A stretch of DNA of 64,000 nucleotides from Giardia intestinalis (lineage: Eukaryota): assembly GCA_000002435.2 (NCBI GenBank), contig CM018792.1. The stretch is one strand, 5' to 3'. The position numbers and the translations under genes were made by a program. Below, piece after piece: positions 35,843-45,476 of the stretch. A model generated the notes under the pieces. That model did no database searches, was not told the DNA's origin, and saw only the letters and a program-made list of their open reading frames with translations. How positions within the stretch are numbered: the first letter of the stretch is position 1; each line of letters opens with the position of its first letter.

Positions 35843-38374
35843 CTATTCGCTATACAACTGTACAAGATGTCTTATTTCAGCAGAAGAGCTTAGAGCATCT
35901 GGTGAGATCGTAGGCCTATACCCTAGCTTGGCTTCTTTCCCTAATAATACCCTTACGCAGTCGATCGAACCGTACATGCATGCAAAACATAGGGCTGTTA
36001 GACCTTCCTTGTTAGGGTGTCCCTCGCTTGTCCGCAGACCTGCTTCGCCAAGGAGCAACTCACAGGTTGAAGGCCTATTGTTCTTAGCAGCCCGCATAAG
36101 AGCCGTCTCTCCATATATATCGGTCATCCCCGCCTCTGTACCTACCAACACGCAAACGAGCGCATCGAGGCCCCTTTCAGCAGCAAGCATAAGTGCTGTG
36201 GTTCCATTCTCATCTTGTAGGCATCCCTGATAGGGTAGCATTGCCTTAACGCAGATGATGTCATTTCTTACAACGGCGTCCATCAGCTCTGTGAAGCGGC
36301 CTGTCGCACAATTTACCATTTGGCTTGTAAAGGAGTAGTTTCCAGTGTATTCTGGAATGACTCTCTTGTAGCTACTCTCTAGGATCTTTCCATTGACGCT
36401 TGGACGTTGAATACCTGCCTGTAGTACGTGTTTCTCTACAGTGCCGTGGGAAAACTGCCCCGAAAGAATCATGCTGGTCAGCTCCTTTCCCATTCCGTTA
36501 AATGATTGGGTGCTAAAGTCGGTGTGACCCCCACGGGATTCACGTTCAGTGGTGGGTACATTTGGAGGGCAGTACTCTTCTGCAGAGCGGCGTTGTATCG
36601 ACTCGAAGATAGGATCGGTAGAAAGGATTCCATGTGGGTCTGCGTGCGGAGGGACATCTCCGGCATCGTTTGCGGCTATGTTTGAATCGTACACCTCTCT
36701 GAGGTCTTCTGCTTTCTTTGTAGTCGTGGTTGGTAGTGGTGTTATATATGTATTTGTGTTAGAGTTTGCTAGGATAAGGCTCTTGTCTGCTCCATCTCTG
36801 TGTACAAGTGGTTCAGAGCTAGCTACTAATTGAGTATCCGAAGAAACGAGGGCAGGCATGTAGGGCACGGCGTATTGCTGGTCCTTCGCTTGTTCAACGA
36901 GTCTTGTCTCAATACCTTCCACGTCCACGCTTCTAGAATCCAGCAGCTCTCTGTCTGCAACCACGGAAGAAGAGCGCCCTAGGTGCTCCTCTGCCACTTT
37001 AACCTTTTCCTCAGTAAACTCCACTGCACTGCAGATTAGGCTATTCATTTCATCGACGGTCTTGTCCTTATAGGTTTCTATGGCCTGAGAGAGGGCAACT
37101 GACTCTCTGTCCAATTGCAGTGACTGTTGCAGGATGTTCGTAGACTGCTCCAGGATAGTATTGGCAGCTGACAGCTTTTTAACGGTTGCTGCGAAGATTG
37201 TAGGCTGATCAGCATCCAAACCCAACTCTTCATCGAGTGGATTGGCGGCTCTAGAATGGTTATCAGGAGACTCCCTTACCTTTGTCAAGGCGTCAACAAC
37301 AAGGTCGTGCGCATCCCTGATCACATCAACAGCTCGCTGGATTTCCTGCTCATGCGCTGTAGACGCTTTACATGAGATGGTCAGGTGGTCGAAGTCTTGA
37401 GCCGATGAGGTGGAATACTCGCTCCTGTCGACGACAGCCTTGCTCCTACTGATTGATTGAGAATACTCCAAGTATTCGTCGATAGAAATTTTCTTTGGTT
37501 CAGTGCATGCAAGGGTCGGAGGAAAAGTGGGATGACCCAGGTGGCGAGATTCATTCATGGGTCTGATTTCGTTCTTCTTGTATTCGGGCTTTTTAGACAC
37601 GTAATTGGCAGACAAGACAGATGCGTCAACCTCATCCTTAACTATGGAAGTAGCATCGATGCAAGGCCCCGTGGTGGATCTGGTTCTGGGTGCAACGACG
37701 TCTGCAGGGCTTAGAGGAATAACCTTGACATTACTGCTAGGGGTGTGGACCACAGAGTTGCTCACTGACATGGAGCTGTTACCGGGTTGGAAGAAAGAAT
37801 CTACGTGTTCGGCTTGATATGCGGCAATCTCTTTAAGGGTGGAGCACATTACCGTGTCACCCCGCCTCAGGGCTATCTCGGTGCAGGCAGTAAGCACATC
37901 CTTTGGAATAGGTATTTCGTGGCCAATCATAGCTGCGAGAGCATGGTTTCCGAGAGAGACAGCGTGTGCCAGGACGGAGAATCCGCGCTTGTCATACCAC
38001 TGTGTAGGATAACGGAGCAAATAACTGCAGAGCGTAGTATTCGCTGCATTTATTGCTAGCATAAGGGATGTATTTCCTTCTCTAGTGTAAATGTGCCCCT
38101 CAAAGGGCATCAAAAGCTGGACTATCTCCAGGTAGCCGTGCTTGACAGCCATGTGCATTGCACACTCTCCATCATTGTTTAGCAATGTAGCCTCCCTTTG
38201 CAGAAGGAAAGAAACAACATCTGCTTGATTTCCACGAGTTGCCACCATCAGGGCGGTTTCTCCAGAATCGTTTCTTCGTCCAGCACACTTGTCAACTAGG
38301 GAACTCATTCTGTCCTTATCTCCTACAAAAGCGCATTTAAACCACGTATCGATGAGGAGCCCCGCCGATTCCAT
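35843..38374 (-). CDS. ankyrin-repeat protein (Protein 21.1-like): N-terminal ANK, central coiled coil, C-terminal ANK; 843 aa
   Basis: 'GETALMVATRGNQADVVSFLL', 'NTSLMLAINAAN', and C-terminal 'GTTALMLAAERGLDALVCVLV', 'GETALMRAAKNNRPSTCELLL', 'LTALCFACMYGSIDCVRVLL'. Confidence 0.85.
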   Translation of the reverse strand: MESAGLLIDTWFKCAFVGDKDRMSSLVDKCAGRRNDSGETALMVATRGNQADVVSFLLQREATLLNNDGECAMHMAVKHGYLEIVQLLMPFEGHIYTREGNTSLMLAINAANTTLCSYLLRYPTQWYDKRGFSVLAHAVSLGNHALAAMIGHEIPIPKDVLTACTEIALRRGDTVMCSTLKEIAAYQAEHVDSFFQPGNSSMSVSNSVVHTPSSNVKVIPLSPADVVAPRTRSTTGPCIDATSIVKDEVDASVLSANYVSKKPEYKKNEIRPMNESRHLGHPTFPPTLACTEPKKISIDEYLEYSQSISRSKAVVDRSEYSTSSAQDFDHLTISCKASTAHEQEIQRAVDVIRDAHDLVVDALTKVRESPDNHSRAANPLDEELGLDADQPTIFAATVKKLSAANTILEQSTNILQQSLQLDRESVALSQAIETYKDKTVDEMNSLICSAVEFTEEKVKVAEEHLGRSSSVVADRELLDSRSVDVEGIETRLVEQAKDQQYAVPYMPALVSSDTQLVASSEPLVHRDGADKSLILANSNTNTYITPLPTTTTKKAEDLREVYDSNIAANDAGDVPPHADPHGILSTDPIFESIQRRSAEEYCPPNVPTTERESRGGHTDFSTQSFNGMGKELTSMILSGQFSHGTVEKHVLQAGIQRPSVNGKILESSYKRVIPEYTGNYSFTSQMVNCATGRFTELMDAVVRNDIICVKAMLPYQGCLQDENGTTALMLAAERGLDALVCVLVGTEAGMTDIYGETALMRAAKNNRPSTCELLLGEAGLRTSEGHPNKEGLTALCFACMYGSIDCVRVLLGKEAKLGYRPTISPDALSSSAEIRHLVQLYSE

Positions 38375-38470
38375 GAAAGGCTTCTGAAAAATTCTTTAAA
38401 ATGCGCAGCTTCCCCTTTGAGGCTGTTTACTTTAATTCTTTCCCGCAAGAAGTGCTAGAAAGAAGCTGCA

Positions 38471-40828
38471 TCAATCCTGAAGAGATCTCAAGTAGTCATA
38501 TATTTCTGGATACGTCGCTCGCTTGCATTTCATCAACGCCGTGGCACCCCCCTTCAACGTGAGATCCATTTCTATTGGAGCCAGGATTTTCACGGCATCC
38601 AGGTTTCCATGCTCTATAGCCTTGATAAGGGCTGTTGTGCCATCCTTGGTCTGCCGTCTGGCTTCATGATCAATCAGAAGCTTTACAATCTCCAAGTGGT
38701 TATTACGCGCAGCGCTCATCAACGCAGTCCATCCGTCTTTTCGAGACATCCCAGCTTCGTGAGGAATTAGAAGCTTGCATACATCGAGGTGACCATTGAG
38801 GGCAGCCGACATAAGAGCTGTTTTTCCTGAGTATGTGGCCTTCCCCACTTGCTTATCCAACAGAGCACAAACAACTTCCAAATGGCCGTTTTCTGCTGCT
38901 TTCATAAGAGCAGTTTCTCCCATCGTATTGGTGACCTTTTCTTGATATGGAACCAAAGAAAGAACCGTGCTAATGTCTCCTATAGCAGCAGCTAGAATAA
39001 GGGCTGTATTCCCGTCCTTATCTCTGAATGCGGTAGACTTTGTGAGTGTGTTATCTACGACAACTGCTTGTGCATCTTCACGAAGACTTTCAAGCAATCT
39101 GCTCGGTGCAGATGTATCCGCTGCAAACGCCGCATACCCGACTTGGGAAGGAGCAACTGGCATGTTGGTAGATGATAGCAATTGAGAAGTGCTCAGCTTA
39201 CTACCATCTATTGTACTATTAGACTGTGTAATAGACGGCGCAGTACCAAGGCCATCGAAACGCTGCGTTCCTGGACTCCCATGATAGCCACTTAGGTGCA
39301 TCTTTTCCAGATTGTCATGTGTAGAGGCCCGCACATTCCCTGCTGTGCCAGATGTCTGAGGATAATCTTCAGTACTATCAAGAATTCCACTCTGAACCAT
39401 TGTCAATTGCTTTCTTAACTCTAGTATCTCTGTATTCTTAGATCCCATTTGCTCTTCCAATTCAGCAATCCTCTTGGATGAAGTTGCATTATCACTCGAA
39501 AATTGAGCCATCCGAGTATTAAGGTCAGTGATGGTCTTTAGCAAATTAGTGTTTTGCTCCTGTGCTGCTGTCTGACTTTGTACCAAAGAATCAACTGCAG
39601 ACTGAGATGCTGCCAGCTTGGCCACAAGTTCAACGTTCTCTGTTTCCAACCGAGAAACTCGCCCCTGCAGGAACGTGCGCTCCTCCTGCTGAGACGCCAA
39701 CTGGTTTGCAACAACAGTTGCGCGGGCGTTGATTGCGTTTTCCGTCATGCGAATTATCTCTGTTGTGTTTTCTTCTAGTTCAGCTACCTTTGCCCTCAGC
39801 ATTTTGATCTCCTCATCTTTCAAGTGCAATTCGCTTTGGAGAGAGTTGACATGAGTACTCGATGTTGATACCTGTAGCATGAGTGCCGTAGATTCGCTGG
39901 AGGAGCTTCTCACTAATGCCTTCTGCTTCTCAAGCTCGGCCTCAAGCCTAGCAATCGTTGACTGACTCTCTGTTATCTGTGCCATGAAGTTGGAGTTAGC
40001 GTTCTGCGTTGATGCCACCGCCTCCATGGCAGTTTGATACTGTGAGAGCAGAGATGCATTTTGCTCCTTGACGCGGTTCAGTTCTGCTGAAAGCTCATTA
40101 TTTTGTCGAGTGAGCTTGGCACAGTTATCACACAAAGATGCATGGCCTATTTGGCTGGTGATAGTGGGTCCTGAGGAGAAGGATGGCGATGAAACTGAAA
40201 ATACCGGGGCAGGCGTAGGTGCTGTGGCAGCAGAAAAGGGCGCTACTGGCTGTGCCACTGGTTGTACCACTGGTTGCGGAATAGTGGTCTGCAAACATGG
40301 AGGTACAATCTGTTGTAGCCCGGGAGCCACAGAAGCAGCTGAAATCGCAGGAAATGGTGTGGTAGCTACAGGAGCAGGCACAACTGTCCCTAACAAGGGA
40401 AGTAGATCTGTATATCCCAAGTTCTGAGCAAGCTGTGCAGCAGTCAATCCATCATTATTTTTCAGCAGGCCAAATTGCACAAGAAGTTTTGGTATACATG
40501 ACTTTGCACGAACCCGAACTGCCCAATGTAAAAGAGTATCTCCTGCCGCGTTCCTAACAGAAGCCTCATAGGGAAGCATCAAAGAAACGATATCCCAATT
40601 GTCCGAGTCCAATCCAAAATGTATTGCTGCCTTACCAGAACCTGTCGTACACCCCTGTTCGTGAGCGCAAAGCTCCTGCACCACTGCGATATGTCCGCAA
40701 CATGCGCTGATCATCAAAGCCGTCATTCCGTCCGTGGTTGTAGCAGTACGGAAAACGGCACAATTGGCTCGGATGAATTGTGAGTCCCCGCTTTCTGCCG
40801 CTTTGAACCAATCTTGGACAGTTGGCAT
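38471..40828 (-). CDS. ankyrin-repeat / coiled-coil protein (Protein 21.1-like), 785 aa
   Basis: N-terminal 'GMTALMISACCGHIAVVQEL'. A central ~250-aa heptad coiled coil. C-terminal 'ETALMKAAENGHLEVVCALL', 'KTALMSAALNGHLDVCKLLI', 'WTALMSAARNNHLEIVKLLI', 'TTALIKAIEHGNLDAVKIL'. Confidence 0.85.
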   Translation of the reverse strand: MPTVQDWFKAAESGDSQFIRANCAVFRTATTTDGMTALMISACCGHIAVVQELCAHEQGCTTGSGKAAIHFGLDSDNWDIVSLMLPYEASVRNAAGDTLLHWAVRVRAKSCIPKLLVQFGLLKNNDGLTAAQLAQNLGYTDLLPLLGTVVPAPVATTPFPAISAASVAPGLQQIVPPCLQTTIPQPVVQPVAQPVAPFSAATAPTPAPVFSVSSPSFSSGPTITSQIGHASLCDNCAKLTRQNNELSAELNRVKEQNASLLSQYQTAMEAVASTQNANSNFMAQITESQSTIARLEAELEKQKALVRSSSSESTALMLQVSTSSTHVNSLQSELHLKDEEIKMLRAKVAELEENTTEIIRMTENAINARATVVANQLASQQEERTFLQGRVSRLETENVELVAKLAASQSAVDSLVQSQTAAQEQNTNLLKTITDLNTRMAQFSSDNATSSKRIAELEEQMGSKNTEILELRKQLTMVQSGILDSTEDYPQTSGTAGNVRASTHDNLEKMHLSGYHGSPGTQRFDGLGTAPSITQSNSTIDGSKLSTSQLLSSTNMPVAPSQVGYAAFAADTSAPSRLLESLREDAQAVVVDNTLTKSTAFRDKDGNTALILAAAIGDISTVLSLVPYQEKVTNTMGETALMKAAENGHLEVVCALLDKQVGKATYSGKTALMSAALNGHLDVCKLLIPHEAGMSRKDGWTALMSAARNNHLEIVKLLIDHEARRQTKDGTTALIKAIEHGNLDAVKILAPIEMDLTLKGGATALMKCKRATYPEIYDYLRSLQD

Positions 40829-40870
40829 CTGAAGTTGCAGTTTTTTGAAAATCTAGATTTAGAAGTGTCT

Positions 40871-42088
40871 CTATGTTTGGTCCTGCATTTGGCTAAACTC
40901 TTCTAGATCAACCTTCCACTCCTCAATGTGTGCTCTGCACATGGGGCAGTTGCGACGATTCAAGTCCACTAGCTTTTCTGAGCACGCAATACATGCACAT
41001 CTGTGACCACAAGGAATACACGTCATAATGCAAAGATCAGAGAGACAAATGGTGCATACTCCTAGTACATCCTCCTTATCTTTATATTGAATGGAAATAA
41101 GGTATTGAAGGCCATCGCCAGCTAAAAGGGCACGGGTTTCATCGTCTCTAATGCGCTTTGCAAGGTTCCGGATCGAGTACTTACCTTTGTCCCTTATAGT
41201 GTACTCTAAGGGAAGAAGGATCTTGATGCAATCTGTGAATTCCGCATAGATAGCATATGCCAGCGCACACCAACCCCCGGAGTCCAAAATGCATGCCTCA
41301 TGCTCTGCGAGCAGCCTCACGCACTTGACATTGTTGCGCATGGTCGCCCGGATGAGTGCAGTGTAGCCTTCCTTGTCTTGCATGCGCGCCTCCTTCCCGT
41401 CTTGCAGAAGGAGCCGAACACATTCCTCCGAGCCAGCTGAGGCTGCATACATCAGAGCGGTGACACCGTTGCTATCAGACTTTCCAGAGTCCCGCGCGAT
41501 GCACTCGGCCACTTGAGACGTCGCATTGGCAGCAGCAGCACTCATAAGAGGGGTAATGCCCTCCAGAGGCATCTCTCGGTCAGCTAGCTTGTTAACTGCG
41601 TGTACATTCTTGCGTGAAATTGCGTGCTGCAAGGCAGTAGAGCCTTTGTTGTCACACAGCGTGGCCTCTACCTCCACTAGCTTGTCTGTTGGGCACATAT
41701 CATGCGCACAAGCGTACATAAGAGCTGTCCACCCTTCTGTGTCTTTCATTTTCCCCTCCGCGTCAACAAGTAGATCAACACAATCTGCGTGACCAAGCAT
41801 TGCAGATATCATTAAAGCCGTGCGTCCAAAGGAATCTACGAGCCTCGCCTCATGCTCACGCAGCACCTTTACTACCTCGGATTGGTTGAACATCGCTGCA
41901 GCCATCAATGCCGTCGAGCTATTTGTTGTCCGCAGACCTGTCTGGCTAAGGTTTTTCTTAACGGCTTCAACATCTCCTTTAGCCGCCGCTTCCACCAAAT
42001 CCGTGTCTGCCCCAGTTCGTACATACACGGGTGGCTTGGGTGTCCTCAATTGAATCCTCTGCAGAGGCAACACTTGCGGTGTGGGCAT
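40871..42088 (-). CDS. ankyrin-repeat protein with C-terminal zf-C3HC4_3 RING (putative E3 ubiquitin ligase), 405 aa
   Basis: ANK units ('STALMAAAMFNQSEVVKVL', 'RTALMISAMLGHADCVDLL', 'WTALMYACAHD', 'VTALMYAASAGSEECVRLLL', 'YTALIRATMRNNVKCVRLL'). RING 'CTICLSDLCIMTCIPCGHRCACIACSEKLVDLNRRNCPMCR'. ORF-track start 42160 is TTG; the preferred ATG is 42088 ('MPTPQV'), preceded by 'TTTTAAAAAGATG'. Alternative ATGs at 42127 and 42148 would overlap the upstream gene. Confidence 0.8.
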   Translation of the reverse strand: MPTPQVLPLQRIQLRTPKPPVYVRTGADTDLVEAAAKGDVEAVKKNLSQTGLRTTNSSTALMAAAMFNQSEVVKVLREHEARLVDSFGRTALMISAMLGHADCVDLLVDAEGKMKDTEGWTALMYACAHDMCPTDKLVEVEATLCDNKGSTALQHAISRKNVHAVNKLADREMPLEGITPLMSAAAANATSQVAECIARDSGKSDSNGVTALMYAASAGSEECVRLLLQDGKEARMQDKEGYTALIRATMRNNVKCVRLLAEHEACILDSGGWCALAYAIYAEFTDCIKILLPLEYTIRDKGKYSIRNLAKRIRDDETRALLAGDGLQYLISIQYKDKEDVLGVCTICLSDLCIMTCIPCGHRCACIACSEKLVDLNRRNCPMCRAHIEEWKVDLEEFSQMQDQT

Positions 42089-42110
42089 CTTTTTAAAACG
42101 TTTACTCAGC

Positions 42111-45100
42111 TCAGCCTTGAAAAGCATCAAGGAGGTTTCTGATCTCATCTGTCTTTGCAAAATCGCGGGCAGTCATCCCGTTAGAACATACCATGCCGTT
42201 TTCCTTTCGTATCAGAATGTGGACGCAGTCCAGGTGGCCCTCGTGGGCTGCAAGCATCAGCGCCGTGAGACCAGCACTTTCTCCGTTTTCATCACCCTTG
42301 GTCGCCATGCCACCTTCATAGTCCACAAGAACAGAGACTATGTCCGTGTGCCCATTGCATGCAGCATCCATGAGGGCAGTAGTCCCAAAGTGAGTCTGAA
42401 TGCGAGCCTCCTTCTGCATTAGTGCCTTCACAATCTCAATGTGGCCCTTCTGCGCAGCATACATGAGAGCCGTCTTACCTTCCTCATCCTGAAGCCCTGC
42501 TTGGTAATTGAGGTACTTCCAGACGTGAGCGGAGTCTCCCGCTTCTGCCGCTTCCATGAGGTCTGTCTTTCTGTTGTTCGCAGTGGATATGCACGTCGTA
42601 TCCAAGTTCTCCCTCATCGAAAGAATCTGTTGAGCAGACATGTGAGGCGGTATAAGGGTCAGCGACAAGAACTTTGTTCTTGACACTGGACGGGTCGTAT
42701 GTTCGGCCTTGTCGGCAGCATAGTCGCGCAAAGCCGTTCCACTGTTGGATGCATTTCCCACAGAGTCTCCTTGGCTGGTGTACAGATACTTTTTCTCGCC
42801 TGATCGAGACATGGCCAGATTGCTTCCGCTGCGCTTGCCATTCTGACTCCTAGCGAGAACACTCGCCTGGGCAGCAGCAGAGGCCTTCAGCTCTGAACGA
42901 GATCGAGTAGCGAACTCCTCGTACAGGCTCTGCGTTTCCCCGCGCAGATTGGTGGGCGGGCCACGCTTATTCTGGGCAGCAGAGCTACTCTTCTTGCCAC
43001 CGGTAGTGCCAAACTTAGTAGCACCTCCAGTGCTTGCAAGTTTGGCTTGGAGTTCCTCTATTTGGGCTTGCTGGTTGCCAACCAGAGTATTAAGTGACTC
43101 GATGTCCATCTGAGCGCGTAGTAGGTCATCTTCACGTGCTGTAAGTGTTTCACGAAGACGCTTCTCCTCTGAATTACTGGTGTTTATAACATTTCGACTA
43201 GATAGCTCGTCAACCACGTTGTTTAGGTCGGCAATCTGAGCATGAGCCTCCTGAAGCTGGGCAGCCAGCCGAGAAACATCGTGCTTAAGGTCCCCGCCGT
43301 CATGTTGCATGTCAGATAATTGGGAAATTAGGTTTTCATTCTCGCTGATGAGGATCCTGTTGGCTTCTTCCAACTCGCTTACCTTACGCTTATCGCTCTG
43401 GTCATCACCTCGCATCTGGAGTTCAAACCCTTCCTTTAATTCAAGCATCTCTTCCTGCAGCTCAAGAAGCTTCTCTTCGACAGCCAGTTTCTCCTTCATA
43501 ACATCAGTCTTCTGAGCGTTCGCCTGCTCTACCTGGGTCTGGTACTCCATGGCCTTGTCGTTTATTTCACTGATCTGTCTCTCAAGACGATCCTTCATGT
43601 CAATGGCTGAAGACGCCTCCCTGGATGCTTTGGCCAAGTCCTCCTGCAATCGCCTAACTTCCTCTCGAAGCTTCTTCTCGATAGACTGCTGCTGACGCTC
43701 AACGCTCCGGGACCTATCTTCCTGGTGAGAATTAACGGACGTGGACTCTGCCTCTATCGAGCTAGCCGTGCGGTACTCTGCAGAGGGCTGCGCATCCTCG
43801 GTGCTGGGTCGCCTTTTGTCATAAATCTGATCTTCAGAGCCAGAATTAGATCCTCGACCGAAATTGGCGAACCTCTGGGCATTTCTGGCCATTATCGCGT
43901 TATCCTCCTTAAGCTTTTGGAGGGCCTCGGTCAAGTTATTAACGCAGACGTCCAAGGTGCGCCTCTCGTCTTCAAGCTTCTTCACCTCGTCCCTCAGCAG
44001 CTCGGCATCTCTAACAGCCTTTTTCATCTCAGTCAACTGTTCTGGAGAAATCTCCTCACCTTCTGAGGTGATTAGGCGCCCAGGTTTCCTGTGATGCAGC
44101 GCGGGCCCATCAGCCTGCTCGATGACAGTCGCTGGAGAGACGCTTCTACGAGGCACCGTGGAGGCTATGTTTTCCATCTGAATCTTCTCATGAACTGCGC
44201 GATCGTAGTCCATGTGGAGGTTTGCTACATACTTCTGCAGTTGGTTAATCAGAGGCGAACTCCTCAGGTCTGTCACGTTTTTCAACTGCTCGAAAAGATC
44301 CCTCACCTCAGCATTCTTCTGGATAGTCTGATATTCTACGGCTGAGAGTACTGAGTTGGCGTTTGGAACGGCAAGCTCGCCTGGCTGTGTCCTTTCGCGC
44401 AAATTAGAACCGGGGCTCAACGATCGTAATTGGCTAGACCCTACAACGCTTCCCGAAAGGCTTGCCTGCATGTTCATAACGGCAGTACTGTTGTTTAGTC
44501 CAGAAGCGCTAACGACCCTGGCAGTGGGAGAGTGGAACGTATTGTTGGAGTACTGGGAATGCTTGGGATAGCTGGGACTGTGCCCAGTCTGAGCTCTCAT
44601 AACCGTCTGAGATTTCTGATTGGACCGTGCACGAATCTCATTGCGATTGAGCGTGGCCTTCATGGGCGTGCTTCCGCTGCGGTGGAGTGGAGCGTGAGAG
44701 GCACGAACGGCGCAAGAATTAGCCACTGTTGCAGAAGTAGCATTTATCACTTCAACCTCTTGTTCCTCTGCTTTCTGTGTCTGCTTTCTGAGAGCCATCT
44801 GAAGATAAGTGTAAATATCGCTCCTACCGTCGCGCTCCGCCAGATTCATTGCAAACTGAAAATCCTCTTGACTATGACGGACAAGATCTACAATCGCCCG
44901 AGTGCACGCAATGTTATTTGAAATGACAGAGTAGTCGAGCGCCGTATAGCCGGAGGGGTCGCGCTCCACAGGAAACTCACGTGCCAGGGCCAAGCAAGCA
45001 TTCATGGCGCCTGCCTCTGCAGCAATCATCAGGGCGTTGCGACCGTCCTTGTAGTAAATGGTCTTTTCCAGCGGTGCCAAGATCTCGCATATCTTTGGAT

Positions 45101-45335
45101 GATCTAGCTGAGCAGCTATGATGAGCGCAGTCTCGTCGTTCTTGTTAACCAATCCTGCCTCCTGGACGGCGAGAATCGTGGCCAACTCGGGATCATCGAT
45201 CCTTGCGGCAACCATCAATCCGGTGTCCTGCGCACTGTTACGGAAACCCTTGTAAATGTCCAGAAGCTCGCGGACCTGCGTGTAGCGCCGTGCCCCTATT
45301 GCAGTGAACCATTCCTTAGAATCAGCTTTGGACAT
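42111..45335 (-). CDS. ankyrin-repeat / long coiled-coil protein (Protein 21.1-like), 1074 aa
   Basis: N-terminal ANK ('DTGLMVAARIDDPELATIL', 'ETALIIAAQLDHPKICEIL', 'RNALMIAAEAGAMNACLAL'), a ~400-aa coiled coil, and C-terminal ANK ('KTALMYAAQKGHIEIVKALM', 'TTALMDAACNGHTDIVSVLV', 'LTALMLAAHEGHLDCVHILI'). ATG 45335 with an A-rich leader. Confidence 0.85.
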   Translation of the reverse strand: MSKADSKEWFTAIGARRYTQVRELLDIYKGFRNSAQDTGLMVAARIDDPELATILAVQEAGLVNKNDETALIIAAQLDHPKICEILAPLEKTIYYKDGRNALMIAAEAGAMNACLALAREFPVERDPSGYTALDYSVISNNIACTRAIVDLVRHSQEDFQFAMNLAERDGRSDIYTYLQMALRKQTQKAEEQEVEVINATSATVANSCAVRASHAPLHRSGSTPMKATLNRNEIRARSNQKSQTVMRAQTGHSPSYPKHSQYSNNTFHSPTARVVSASGLNNSTAVMNMQASLSGSVVGSSQLRSLSPGSNLRERTQPGELAVPNANSVLSAVEYQTIQKNAEVRDLFEQLKNVTDLRSSPLINQLQKYVANLHMDYDRAVHEKIQMENIASTVPRRSVSPATVIEQADGPALHHRKPGRLITSEGEEISPEQLTEMKKAVRDAELLRDEVKKLEDERRTLDVCVNNLTEALQKLKEDNAIMARNAQRFANFGRGSNSGSEDQIYDKRRPSTEDAQPSAEYRTASSIEAESTSVNSHQEDRSRSVERQQQSIEKKLREEVRRLQEDLAKASREASSAIDMKDRLERQISEINDKAMEYQTQVEQANAQKTDVMKEKLAVEEKLLELQEEMLELKEGFELQMRGDDQSDKRKVSELEEANRILISENENLISQLSDMQHDGGDLKHDVSRLAAQLQEAHAQIADLNNVVDELSSRNVINTSNSEEKRLRETLTAREDDLLRAQMDIESLNTLVGNQQAQIEELQAKLASTGGATKFGTTGGKKSSSAAQNKRGPPTNLRGETQSLYEEFATRSRSELKASAAAQASVLARSQNGKRSGSNLAMSRSGEKKYLYTSQGDSVGNASNSGTALRDYAADKAEHTTRPVSRTKFLSLTLIPPHMSAQQILSMRENLDTTCISTANNRKTDLMEAAEAGDSAHVWKYLNYQAGLQDEEGKTALMYAAQKGHIEIVKALMQKEARIQTHFGTTALMDAACNGHTDIVSVLVDYEGGMATKGDENGESAGLTALMLAAHEGHLDCVHILIRKENGMVCSNGMTARDFAKTDEIRNLLDAFQG

Positions 45336-45476
45336 GTCTTTTTTGATCTCGTTTTTTTTCCCCTTTGGGCGGAATTAATCTTGTGCGCCTTAAGTGACCA
45401 AAGGCCAGGAGTCCCCTGAAGCAAAGCGTCCGTGAGACCCCAGCTATCTAGATGAGCAGAGAAAAGACACCTTTAC